Source: Candidatus Krumholzibacteriia bacterium (GTDB taxonomy: Bacteria; Krumholzibacteriota; Krumholzibacteriia; JAJRXK01). Taken from it: a stretch of DNA of 64,000 bases. Made by a program: the position numbers and the translations under genes. Positions 9,593 through 18,727 of the stretch are shown piece by piece. Under the pieces are notes generated by a model. It made no database searches and was not told the DNA's origin. It saw nothing but the letters and a program-made list of their open reading frames with translations. Each line of letters opens with the position of its first letter. The first letter of the stretch is position 1. The stretch covers positions 512,001 through 576,000 of the forward strand of contig JBGPIA010000001.1 in the NCBI GenBank assembly GCA_041484665.1, in the 5' to 3' direction.

Positions 9593-11341
9593 CTAGGGGT
9601 TCGCGGCCAGGACCAGCTTGCGCGTCAGCTCACGGCCGCTGAAGCGCAGCCGAGCCAGGTACACACCCTGCGCCGCAGGCGCGCCCGCCCTATCGCGGCC
9701 GTCCCAGATCACTGCATGCGCCCCGGCCGACAGCGCCCCGTCGACGAGCGTGGCGACCGTGCGCCCGCGCGTGTCGTGCACGGTGAGCAGCACGTCGCCT
9801 CCCCGGGGCAACCCGAAGCGGATCGACGTCTGGGCGTCGAATGGGTTCGGCGTGCCCGGCAGCAGCGCCAACTCCCCCGCGTCCCACGCACCAGCCAGGT
9901 CGGACTCCAGAACCGCAGGGCCGTGCCAGCGCGAGGCGCCGCCGTCGACCTGCTCGAGGAAGTACTCGGTGCGCGACAACGGCGCTGAAGGGTCCGTGAA
10001 CTCCATGTGCGCGGCGCCGAGCAGCGGCCGCGGTGTGATGCGCTCCAGCGTGGCGCCGGACGTCGCGGCGTCGCGCCGGTGAACGTGGAAGATCGCGTGC
10101 GGCCCGTCGCCCGCGAGCTCCCAGCGCAAGAGCGCGCGGCCTTCCTCCCGCCTCGCCGAGAACGCGCTCAGCAGTACGGGCACCGCTCTCCCGTCCCAGC
10201 GGGCGATTCCCGGTGATGGCAGCCCACCGGCCACGCTGAAATCGCCGCCGACGTACAGATGGCGATCGAGGACGACCAGCGTGCGCGCCCAGTCGTCGGC
10301 GCCCTCACCCAGCGGCGTCCAGCCCGTTCCGTCCCAGCTGGCGAGGTAGTTGACGAATTGCCCGTCCGCGCGAACGAAGTTGCCCGCGGCGATCAGCTCC
10401 CCTCCGTATTCGGCGAGCCCGAAGACCCATGTGGAGTCCTGGCCCCGGATTCCCACTCCCATCCGCTGCCAGGCCGTGCCGTCCCAGCGCGCGATCCCCA
10501 GCACCGAATTCCCGTCGGCCTGCGTGAACGCCCCGCCAGCGATGAGGTCGCCGCGGTAGACGGCCAGCGCGAACACCCAGGAGATGGGATGGCCGCCGGA
10601 CAGCCCGCTCCCGATTGTCTCCCACCATGCGCCGTTCCACAGTCCCACGCCCCCGGCGAGCTGGCGTTCGACGCGAGTGAAATACCCGCCCACCGCGAGT
10701 GCCTCCCCGTAGACCGCCAGCGCGCTGGCGCCGCCGTTGATTCCGCCACCCAGCGTGTGGAAGTCAACGCCCGTCCAGCGCGCGATGAACGGCAGGCTCT
10801 GCTCGTTCACCTGGGTGAAGCGGCCGGCGACGATGAGCTCCCCCTGGAAGGAGATCGCGGCGAGCAGGATGCCATTGAAGACCGCGTCAAAGGTCGTCCA
10901 CGAGTCGCCGTTCCAACGCGCGACGCTGCTCGCCGCCGCGCCCCCCGCGCGGGTGAACTGTCCCACGGCGATGAGGTCGTCGTTGTGGACGGTCAGCCCG
11001 GCCACGTAGGGGGTGAATCCCGGGGCATCGGCCCCGTTGGAAATCCCCTCGCCCAGCGGCGCCCAGGCCGCGCCGTCCCAGCGGGCGATGTTGTTCGCCT
11101 CGACCGGACCGGCGTGGCTGAACGCCCCGCCGGCGATGAGCTGCCCGTGGTAGACGGTCAGCGCGAAGACCGTGCCGTCGAATCCTTGCGCCTGGAACCC
11201 ATCCCACCACTGGCCCGGGGTGGCAGGCGCGGGCGCGGGCGCCAGCAGCACGACCGCCGTCGTCCAGACGCACAACGAACGGGCCAGCGCGGATTGCAGC
11301 CGACCTGGCCACCAGCGGATCGGGGTCGGAATCATGGGCAT
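9593..11341 (-). CDS. Secreted beta-propeller repeat protein (IARWDG/AGGxF repeats) with C-terminal FlgD-Ig/PNPF domain
   Basis: About six repeats of LxVYxGxLIAGGxF...IARWDGxxW; PNPF...WDGRD...GVYLARL tail; signal peptide; start uncertain. Confidence 0.8.
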   Translation of the reverse strand: MPMIPTPIRWWPGRLQSALARSLCVWTTAVVLLAPAPAPATPGQWWDGFQAQGFDGTVFALTVYHGQLIAGGAFSHAGPVEANNIARWDGAAWAPLGEGISNGADAPGFTPYVAGLTVHNDDLIAVGQFTRAGGAAASSVARWNGDSWTTFDAVFNGILLAAISFQGELIVAGRFTQVNEQSLPFIARWTGVDFHTLGGGINGGASALAVYGEALAVGGYFTRVERQLAGGVGLWNGAWWETIGSGLSGGHPISWVFALAVYRGDLIAGGAFTQADGNSVLGIARWDGTAWQRMGVGIRGQDSTWVFGLAEYGGELIAAGNFVRADGQFVNYLASWDGTGWTPLGEGADDWARTLVVLDRHLYVGGDFSVAGGLPSPGIARWDGRAVPVLLSAFSARREEGRALLRWELAGDGPHAIFHVHRRDAATSGATLERITPRPLLGAAHMEFTDPSAPLSRTEYFLEQVDGGASRWHGPAVLESDLAGAWDAGELALLPGTPNPFDAQTSIRFGLPRGGDVLLTVHDTRGRTVATLVDGALSAGAHAVIWDGRDRAGAPAAQGVYLARLRFSGRELTRKLVLAANP

Positions 11342-11798
11342 CACCCTCGGGGCAGCGGGTTCTGCGATCGAGCGCGCGTCTCGGCCGGTGAGGGAGCGGC
11401 CGACCGGACGGCGAGCAAAGGGCCCCACGGACATGTCGCGGCGGATCGTGGCGCAGGGTGCCGCGGCGTGTCGCGTTCTGCACGGACCGCGCCGACGCTA
11501 TCCCGCACGTCCCGCCAGGAGTGTGGCGTTGCACCGCCCCCGCCGCCCGCGGGACAGCGGAGTGGGCGGAAGCATACTCCCCGAATGGGAATCGGGGGGA
11601 GTTTCCTTACGCTGGGCGAGCGCTTGCCGCAAGCGACCCCGGGCCGTGCCCGCCCGCGCAAACGCGGGGCGTGAAGGCATCCCCCGGCCGGTCCCGGGGC
11701 ATCCCTCTTGCCCTGGTGGAGCCCGGGAGGGGTCGCGGGGCGCGCCCCGCCGCCGCTGCCTGCCACCGCGCACCACCGCAGCCCGAAAGCACGGCACC

Positions 11799-12212
11799 AT
11801 GAGCGCCGAGGCACCCAGCGTGTTGATCGTGGAGGACGACCCGGGAATCCGCACCCTGCTGTCGCGCCTGGTCGCACGCCTGGGACTGACCTGCCGCGTC
11901 GCGCAAGACGGCGAGGAGGCGCTGCTCGCCGTCGCCGAAGGCACGCCCGATCTGATCATCCTCGATCTCATGATGCCCGGGATGAACGGGTTCCAGTTCC
12001 TGCGCGCCTACCGGGAGGGCGGCGCGCTGGAGACGCCGGTCATCGTGGTGACGGCCAAGGACGACGCGTTCGACCAGTTCTGGGCCCACAAGCTCGGTGT
12101 ACGCCACTTCCTGGTGAAGCCCTTCGCACCGCAGGCCATCCTCGGGGCGATCGAGGAGGCGCTGAGCAGCACCCCCCACGACGCCAACAGCCCGCCCTCC
12201 TCCCCACCGTGA
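11799..12212 (+). CDS. Single-domain response regulator (receiver)
   Basis: IVEDD, LDLMMPGMNG (phospho-Asp), VTAK, KPF. Confidence 0.92.
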   Translation: MSAEAPSVLIVEDDPGIRTLLSRLVARLGLTCRVAQDGEEALLAVAEGTPDLIILDLMMPGMNGFQFLRAYREGGALETPVIVVTAKDDAFDQFWAHKLGVRHFLVKPFAPQAILGAIEEALSSTPHDANSPPSSPP

Positions 12213-15200
12213 TCCCCACGGTCTGGTTGCTGGCGGCGGCGGGCGTGCTGCTGCTGGGCCAGATCCTCCTGATCGCCGTTCTAATCGCGCGCAACGGGCT
12301 CGTAGAGTGGAGGCTGCGCCGCCGCTGCGGACACTCGACGCTGCTGGCCTCCCTCTGCGAAAGCCTCGACGCGGGTGGAAGCGCCCACGTACGCGCCGAG
12401 CTCTCGCGCCGCGAGCTACTCGTCGACGTCTCGGCGTTGGAGGCCTGGCTCGACCTGGTGGCGTCGCGGGGCGAGGATCCGGCGCTGCTCCCCCCGGAGG
12501 AGTACGAGCGCGTCGGGCTCGTGGATCGCTATCTCCGCCAGCTCCAGCGAGCGCGCGGGTGGTCGGCACGCGCCGCCGCCGCCGAGGTCCTGGGATGGAC
12601 GCACAGCCCCCGCGCCGTGCCCGCGTTGCTGGAGGCGGCGCTCGACGAGCGCGGCGAGGAGCCGGCCGTGCGCGCGGTGGCGCTGCGCGCGCTGGGCCGC
12701 ATCCGGCACCCACGCGCGGTCGAGCCGTTGATCAGCGCGCTCGCCAGCAGCGATACCTGGTTCCCGCCGCGCGCGGCCGAGATGCTCGCCCGCATCGGGG
12801 CGCCGGCGGTGGAGCCCCTCGCGCGTCTGGTGGGGGACGCTTGCGCCCCCCTCACCACGCGCCGCTGGGCGGCCCAGGTGTTGGGTGAGGTGCGCGACCG
12901 CCGCGCGCTGCACGCGTTGCACGCAGCGCTCGGCGACCTGGACGCCGAGCTGCGGGCCAAGGCGGCGCGGGCCCTGGGCAACCTGGGACAGGAGCGCTCG
13001 ATCGGGCCCCTGCTGGACCGCTTGCTGGCCGACCCGATCCCGTTCGTGCGCTCCTGCGTCGCGCGCGCGCTGGGGCAGCTCTCCACCGGACGCACGGTGG
13101 GGTTCCTGGTGGAGGCCCTGGCCGATCCCGAGTGGTGGGTGCGCCTGCGCGCGGTCGAGGCGCTGGCGCAACTGGGAGAGCCAGCGCGGCAGGTGCTGCA
13201 CGGAGCGCTGCACGACAGCGACCCGCAAGTAGCCCGCGAGGCGGGGCGCGCGCTGGAGGGGCTGGGCGTCGTCGCCGAGCTGCTGGACAGCCTGCGGCGC
13301 GAGGGCTACTCGCCGGAGCTCACCGAGCTGTTGGTGGACATCGGCAGGGCGGGCAACATCGACGCGCTGCTGGACGCCCTCGACTCCGACGACGTGGAGT
13401 TCCTCACCTCGGTCACGCGCATCATCGCCCGCGTGGGCGACGCGCGCGCCGCCCCGGGCCTGGTGCGGCTCCTTCGCACGCGCTCGGAGCCGGGCTTGCA
13501 GGCTCGCGTGATCGACGCGCTGCGGCGGGCCGGGGCCGCGGACCTGGTCGGGGAGATCCTCCCGCTGCTTGCCTCGCCCAACGAGTGGGTCCGCAAGACC
13601 AGCCTCGACTACCTCGAGCGGTTCGCGGACACCGACGTGCTGCCGCGGGTGGCTCCGCTCCTGCAGGATCCCAACCCATGGGCGCGCGAGGCAGCGCTCA
13701 AGCTCATGGAGCGCCTGCCACCGCCGCCCGCGCTGGCGTGGCAGATCGAGTCCGCGCTCGGGGACCCTTACGTCTTCGTGCGCGCGCAGGCCGTGCGCAC
13801 CCTCTGCGCGTGCGACCGTCTCGAGCTGCTGTTCCAAGATGGCACCCCGGTGATCGAGGAGGCCCCCGAGGTGCGCGAAGCGGCGCTGCAGGGCCTCGCC
13901 CGCTCGGCCAGCCCAAAGGTGCTGCCCGTCGCGCTGGCGCTGTTTCCCAAGGCCGACACGGACGCCCTCGACCAGCTGACGCAGCTCGTGCGCGAGGCGG
14001 CGCGGCGCGACCCGGTGGTGAGCCTCGTGCAGGTGCGCGAGGGCGGCGACGTCGCCCATCGCTGGGCGCTGGCGACCATCGCCCCCGAGCTCGGCGACGC
14101 CCCCCTGCCCGTGGCGCTGCTCGCGTTGGCGGGCGACGAGGATCCGCGCGTGCGCGCCGCGGCCGTCGCATCGCTGCTGCGGCGGCCTGGGGCGGGCGAG
14201 ACGGAGCGTGCCTGTGTCGTGGACGCCCTGGCCGATCCGCACCCGCTGGTGGCGCGCGGGGCCCTGCGTGCGCTGGCTCTGCTGCCTCGAGGCGAGCTTG
14301 ACCGTCATCTGCGCCGTGGCCTCAGCCACGCCGAGGCCTCGGTGGCGGTCGATGCCGCGCTCGCCATTGCGCTGCGCCTCGGGCGGCAGAGCGTGCGGGC
14401 GCTGATGGCCGCCGTCAGCGACCGGCGCCCGTCGGTGCGGCTGGCGGCGCTGATCGGGCTGGTCTACCAGGGCGAGCGTACCGCGCTACCGAGCTGGCTG
14501 GCGGAGCTGCGCGCGCCGGCCAGCCTGCAGTTGCTGCACCGCTGGCGCGAGACGCAGCATCCGCTGCTGTCGCGCATCCTGGGCACCAGCCGCGAGGCCC
14601 GCGCGACCCTCGAGCAGCGCCTGCTCACGGCACGCTCGCCGCAGGAGGCCGAGGACCAGCTGCTGCGGGAGCTGGAGAGCAACCCCGACGCTGAGATCCG
14701 CAAGCTGGCAGCCGAGGGTCTCTCCACGCTGCAATCGCGCCGGGCCGTCAGCCTGATGCTGCCCACCAGCCAGCGCGATCCCGCCCCGGAGGTGCGCATC
14801 GCTGCGCTGCGGTTCCTCGTGCGCGAGAACGCCTTCGGTCACCGCCGCCGCTATCTCGAGACGGGGCTGCGCGACCCTGTGGCGGCCGTGCAAGTGGCCG
14901 CGGCGCACCTCAGCGTGGTGCTGCCCGACCACGAGGCGATTCCGCTGTTGGTGGAGCATCTGGAGACGCGGCTGCCGGCGCTGCGCGCCGCGCTCACCGA
15001 CATGCTCGCCGGCCGCGCCGAGGAGGGCGTCGAGGCGATCCTCGACGCGGTGATGGGCCGGCCCATGACCGTCGAGTTGATGCTCGGCCTGGTGGCGGTG
15101 CTGCGCCAGGTACCGTTGCCGCTGTCCGACGAGGTGCTGGAGGTCCTGCTGCGACATCGCTGGGCTGAGGTGCGCGCCGAGGCGCTCGCCGCGCTCATCC

Positions 15201-15610
15201 CGCGCCAGGGCGGCGCGGGCGCCGACTGGGTGATCGAGGCCCTGGGCGACCCGGCGGTGCGCGTGCGCAAGGAAGCCGTGCGCCTGTCCACCGCCGCGGG
15301 CGTCGATTTCGGCGGCCACGAGCGCGCGCGAGAGGAGACGTTGCTGCAGGCACTGGACGATCCCGCCCCCGCGGTACGCGCCCGGACGGCGCTGGCGGTG
15401 GCACGCCTGGGCCTTGCGCGCGCGCGACGAGCGCTGACCGCCATGGAGCGGGACCCCGACGCGCGCGTCGCGCGGGCGGCCCGCCGGGCACTCGCGGCGC
15501 TGGCGGCCGCGGTGGCCGGGACAGCGCCGGCGGCGGCGCCCCGGTCGTCGGTGTCTGCGGCGGCGCCGCCCGCGGTGACCGCGCCGGAGCAGGAGGTGAC
15601 GGCGCCATGA
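12209..15610 (+). CDS. Large HEAT-repeat protein (~1133 aa) with N-terminal transmembrane helix
   Basis: Many L.DP..xVR..A..AL repeats; GTGA overlap with the receiver gene and ATGA overlap with the GT2 gene. Confidence 0.85.
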   Translation: MIPTVWLLAAAGVLLLGQILLIAVLIARNGLVEWRLRRRCGHSTLLASLCESLDAGGSAHVRAELSRRELLVDVSALEAWLDLVASRGEDPALLPPEEYERVGLVDRYLRQLQRARGWSARAAAAEVLGWTHSPRAVPALLEAALDERGEEPAVRAVALRALGRIRHPRAVEPLISALASSDTWFPPRAAEMLARIGAPAVEPLARLVGDACAPLTTRRWAAQVLGEVRDRRALHALHAALGDLDAELRAKAARALGNLGQERSIGPLLDRLLADPIPFVRSCVARALGQLSTGRTVGFLVEALADPEWWVRLRAVEALAQLGEPARQVLHGALHDSDPQVAREAGRALEGLGVVAELLDSLRREGYSPELTELLVDIGRAGNIDALLDALDSDDVEFLTSVTRIIARVGDARAAPGLVRLLRTRSEPGLQARVIDALRRAGAADLVGEILPLLASPNEWVRKTSLDYLERFADTDVLPRVAPLLQDPNPWAREAALKLMERLPPPPALAWQIESALGDPYVFVRAQAVRTLCACDRLELLFQDGTPVIEEAPEVREAALQGLARSASPKVLPVALALFPKADTDALDQLTQLVREAARRDPVVSLVQVREGGDVAHRWALATIAPELGDAPLPVALLALAGDEDPRVRAAAVASLLRRPGAGETERACVVDALADPHPLVARGALRALALLPRGELDRHLRRGLSHAEASVAVDAALAIALRLGRQSVRALMAAVSDRRPSVRLAALIGLVYQGERTALPSWLAELRAPASLQLLHRWRETQHPLLSRILGTSREARATLEQRLLTARSPQEAEDQLLRELESNPDAEIRKLAAEGLSTLQSRRAVSLMLPTSQRDPAPEVRIAALRFLVRENAFGHRRRYLETGLRDPVAAVQVAAAHLSVVLPDHEAIPLLVEHLETRLPALRAALTDMLAGRAEEGVEAILDAVMGRPMTVELMLGLVAVLRQVPLPLSDEVLEVLLRHRWAEVRAEALAALIPRQGGAGADWVIEALGDPAVRVRKEAVRLSTAAGVDFGGHERAREETLLQALDDPAPAVRARTALAVARLGLARARRALTAMERDPDARVARAARRALAALAAAVAGTAPAAAPRSSVSAAAPPAVTAPEQEVTAP

Positions 15611-18057
15611 CCTGGCAGCTGTGGCTGGTCCGTAGCATCGAGCTGTTAGTCGTCACCTACACGGTCACCTACGCGCTGGCGAACATCGTCCTGATGGTCG
15701 TGGGCTTCAATCCGGTGCGCGAACAGGTGCGCGGCATCGCCTTCGAAGACCTGGACATGCTGGACGGCAACGGCAACGTGCCGTCGGTCGCCGTGCTCGT
15801 GCCCGCCTACAACGAATCGCTGATGATCGTCGAGGCCGTGCGGGCTCTGACCGAGCTCGACTATCCCCAGATCGAAATCATCATCGCCAACGACGGCTCG
15901 ACCGACGACACGCTGCAGCGCCTGCGCGAGGCCTTCGCGATGCGGCGGCGCGACGTGTCGATGCGCAGCGAGCTCCAGACAGCACAGGTGCGGGGCGTGT
16001 ACGAGGCCACCTACCCGTTCCCGAAGACCGTGCTGCGCCTGCTGGTCGTGGACAAGGAGAACGGCGGCCGCGCGGATGCGCTGAACGCCGCGCTCGACGC
16101 CGCCGTATCGCCCTACTTCATCACCGTGGACGCCGATTCGATCCTCGACGCGCAGGCCCTCAAGCAGGTGATGCGCATCTTCCAGGACCGGCCCGACGTC
16201 CTGGCCGCGGGCGGGCAGGTCGGCATCGTCAACGACTGCACCGTGGAGCGGGGCCGGATCGTGCGCAAGGCGCTGACGCACCGCTACGTGCCCCTTTGCC
16301 AGACGCTGGAATACCTGCGCTCGTTCACCACCATGCGCACCGGATGGACCCGGCTGGACAGCCTGGTGATCCTCAGCGGCGCGTTCCTGGTCATGTCGCG
16401 GGCTGCGGCGATCCGCGTCGGCGGATTCCTCACCGGCCGCGTGCGCTACCGTCTGCTTGACGAGTACGTCGGCCCCGAGGGGGCCACCATTTGCGAGGAC
16501 ATGGAGATGATCGTGCGACTGCACCGCTACGAGCGGGAGCACGGCCGCAAAGCCCGCATCGTCCACACGCCCGTGCCCGTATGCTGGACGGAGGTGCCCG
16601 CCACCCTGTCCAGCCTGGCCAAGCAGCGGCGCCGTTGGCATCGCGGCCTCATCGAGATCCTGCTGCACCACCGCCGCATGGTGCTCAACCCCTGTTACGG
16701 CTCCGTCGGGCTGTTCGCGCTGCCCTACTTCGTCCTCTTCGAGCTGGCCGGCCCTTACGTCGAGGCGGCCGGCTACGTGCTACTGCCCCTGTTTGCGCTG
16801 TGGGGCATCCTCGACCCGCTGCGCTGCATCCTGATCACCGCCGTCGCGCTGGCGTTCGGCGTGCTGCAATCGATGGTGGCGGTGTTGTGCGCCACGTGGC
16901 TCGAGCCGGTCAGCCCGGCCGGCACCCAGGTGCGGTCGCTCACCGGGATGGACCGCTGGCGCGACCGGCTGCTGTTGTTGGCAGCGTGCTTCCTGGGCGA
17001 GCTGGGCTTCCGCCAGCTCACTGTCTGGTGGCGGCTGCGCGGCACGTGGGACTTCCTGCGCGGCCGCACCGACTGGGACAAGTTCGAGCGGGCCGGCTTC
17101 CGCCAGGCGGCAGGAGCGGCGGGGGCAGCGTTGTTGGCCGCGTGGGTGCTGGCAGCGCCGCACCCAACGCGTGCGCAGCAGGCAAGCCCGGTGGTGCTGG
17201 TCGGGGCGAACGTCGCGACACCCGCAAAGGCCGGCGCGCCGATACCCGCAAAGGCCGGCGCGGCAATAACTGCGCAAGCCAGCGCAGCGGCGCGTACGGA
17301 GACCACCCCCGCGGCAGCCGGCGCCGAGCAGCCGCGCCGCCCGGACCACGCGCTCCAGGAGCGCGAGGTCACCGTCAACGGCGGCAGTGAGCATCGGATC
17401 AGTCTGGGCACCGGATGGTGGATGGAGGCCACCTCACGTTGGAAGTGGGACGACGGGCAGGTGCGTTGGGTGGGCCTCTCACGAATCGAGCGCCGAGGCC
17501 TCGCCGATGAGGGCCTGCTGGCCGGGATCGCGCTGAAGCCGTGGAAGCGCGCCGGATTCGCCGTCGAGCTGCGCGCCGCGCCGGGCGCAGAGGTCTCGCC
17601 GCGCTGGTTCCTGTCGGCGGAGGCGGAGGCCGCCTTCCACGAGCGCATCAGCAGCACGACGATCGCGCGCCTCTCCGCCTACCGCGACGTGACGGTGCTC
17701 GATCTGGCCACCGGTACGGTGCTCTACCTGCGCAAGGAGCGATGGCTCGCAACGCGTGCGCACCTGTTCAGTACATGGTTCGACAGCGGCGCACGCGCTG
17801 CGCTCTTGGGCGTGTCGGGCGTCTTCTCCACGCCGCTGGGCGCGAGCGAGCTGCGCCTGCAGGCGAGCTACGGCGGGGAAAGCTACCTCGCGGGCTACCA
17901 GGCGGAGGTGCGGGAGCTGCGCGCCTGGTCGCTGGGCGGGTCGCTGCGACGGCCGGTCGGCGACCGCTGGACGCTGGAGCTCGGAGCGGCCTACCGCCGG
18001 CCCGAGCTGGGCGCGCGGGAGATCGACGTGAGCGGTGGCGTGCGATGCCGCTGGTAA
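15607..18057 (+). CDS. Processive GT2 glycosyltransferase (PgaC/IcaA-like) fused to a C-terminal YaiO-like outer-membrane beta-barrel
   Basis: PAYNE, NDGSTD, KENGGRADALN, VDADS, EDME, QRRRW, TM helices; after ~aa 585 amphipathic strands ending VSGGVRCRW. Confidence 0.8.
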   Translation: MTWQLWLVRSIELLVVTYTVTYALANIVLMVVGFNPVREQVRGIAFEDLDMLDGNGNVPSVAVLVPAYNESLMIVEAVRALTELDYPQIEIIIANDGSTDDTLQRLREAFAMRRRDVSMRSELQTAQVRGVYEATYPFPKTVLRLLVVDKENGGRADALNAALDAAVSPYFITVDADSILDAQALKQVMRIFQDRPDVLAAGGQVGIVNDCTVERGRIVRKALTHRYVPLCQTLEYLRSFTTMRTGWTRLDSLVILSGAFLVMSRAAAIRVGGFLTGRVRYRLLDEYVGPEGATICEDMEMIVRLHRYEREHGRKARIVHTPVPVCWTEVPATLSSLAKQRRRWHRGLIEILLHHRRMVLNPCYGSVGLFALPYFVLFELAGPYVEAAGYVLLPLFALWGILDPLRCILITAVALAFGVLQSMVAVLCATWLEPVSPAGTQVRSLTGMDRWRDRLLLLAACFLGELGFRQLTVWWRLRGTWDFLRGRTDWDKFERAGFRQAAGAAGAALLAAWVLAAPHPTRAQQASPVVLVGANVATPAKAGAPIPAKAGAAITAQASAAARTETTPAAAGAEQPRRPDHALQEREVTVNGGSEHRISLGTGWWMEATSRWKWDDGQVRWVGLSRIERRGLADEGLLAGIALKPWKRAGFAVELRAAPGAEVSPRWFLSAEAEAAFHERISSTTIARLSAYRDVTVLDLATGTVLYLRKERWLATRAHLFSTWFDSGARAALLGVSGVFSTPLGASELRLQASYGGESYLAGYQAEVRELRAWSLGGSLRRPVGDRWTLELGAAYRRPELGAREIDVSGGVRCRW
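17217..17288. repeat. 24-bp tandem repeat x3 (TPAKAGAP/IPAKAGAA/ITAQASAA) in the GT2-barrel linker
   Basis: GACACCCGCAAAGGCCGGCGCGCC, GATACCCGCAAAGGCCGGCGCGGC, AATAACTGCGCAAGCCAGCGCAGC. Confidence 0.75.
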
Positions 18058-18088
18058 TCGCGCACCCCAAGCGACGCGGCGCGCCGGA

Positions 18089-18442
18089 CTAGGCCTTGGC
18101 CTGTCCCACGAAGCTGCGCAGCGCCGCGTCCACGTCGTCGTACTCCTCGAACAGGTCGAGGATCCGGGTGACGTAGGCCACCTTGCGATTGCGCTCGCTG
18201 AGGCCGGCCAGCTTGAGCAGGGCCCCTTCGCGGCTGCAGGTGCTGTAGGCGCTCACCAGCGTGCCGAGGCCGATGCTGGCGATCAGCGGTACGCCACTCA
18301 GGTCGAAGACGAAGTGCCGCTCCCCCGTGCCGAGCCACTGGCGGAGGTCCGTGCGCAAGCGCTCGTTGGAAGGATCGCCCGTCCAGTTGCCCGTGACGCG
18401 CACGATCCGCACCCCGCCCGATTGGTCGCTCGTATAGATCAT
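18089..18442 (-). CDS. STAS-domain anti-sigma factor antagonist
   Basis: VFDLSGVPLIASIGLGTLV, LKLAGL, TRILDLF; GAAAGGA RBS; TAGAAT -10 at 18484-18489. Confidence 0.88.
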   Translation of the reverse strand: MIYTSDQSGGVRIVRVTGNWTGDPSNERLRTDLRQWLGTGERHFVFDLSGVPLIASIGLGTLVSAYSTCSREGALLKLAGLSERNRKVAYVTRILDLFEEYDDVDAALRSFVGQAKA

Positions 18443-18727
18443 GGCCGTCCTTTCGGGGATGGGCCCTCGGGTCTTTGGACTGGATTCTAGGGGAAAGCGG
18501 GGGGGGGGCGCCAGCGGGGCGGTGGGTCGGGGCGGCGGGTCCCGCCGGCCAAAGCGGTTCCGGCCAACCGGGGGTGCCGCGGTCGCCGGGCGGGAACCGG
18601 TTGCGCCGCGGAGGCTGCCCAACCCGGTCCGATCGAGGGCGCACACCGGGCACGGGGCGGATACGCCCCGGCGCCCGCAACCGGCTGCCGCTTTGAGGCG
18701 GCGGTGGCCGCGCGGTGACGCACCGGG

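Noticed and set aside
11342..11798. c-di-GMP riboswitch before the GT2 operon
   Set aside because: Only generic GC hairpins (for example CCCGCG-CAAA-CGCGGG); the conserved riboswitch core is not seen.
11708..12208. N-terminal extensions in the ORF track (HEAT 1300 aa, permease 730 aa, S9 956 aa, asparaginase 670 aa, ABC-2 permease 782 aa)
   Set aside because: They overlap upstream genes or are low-complexity; coupled or RBS-supported downstream starts fit better, so they are not fusions.
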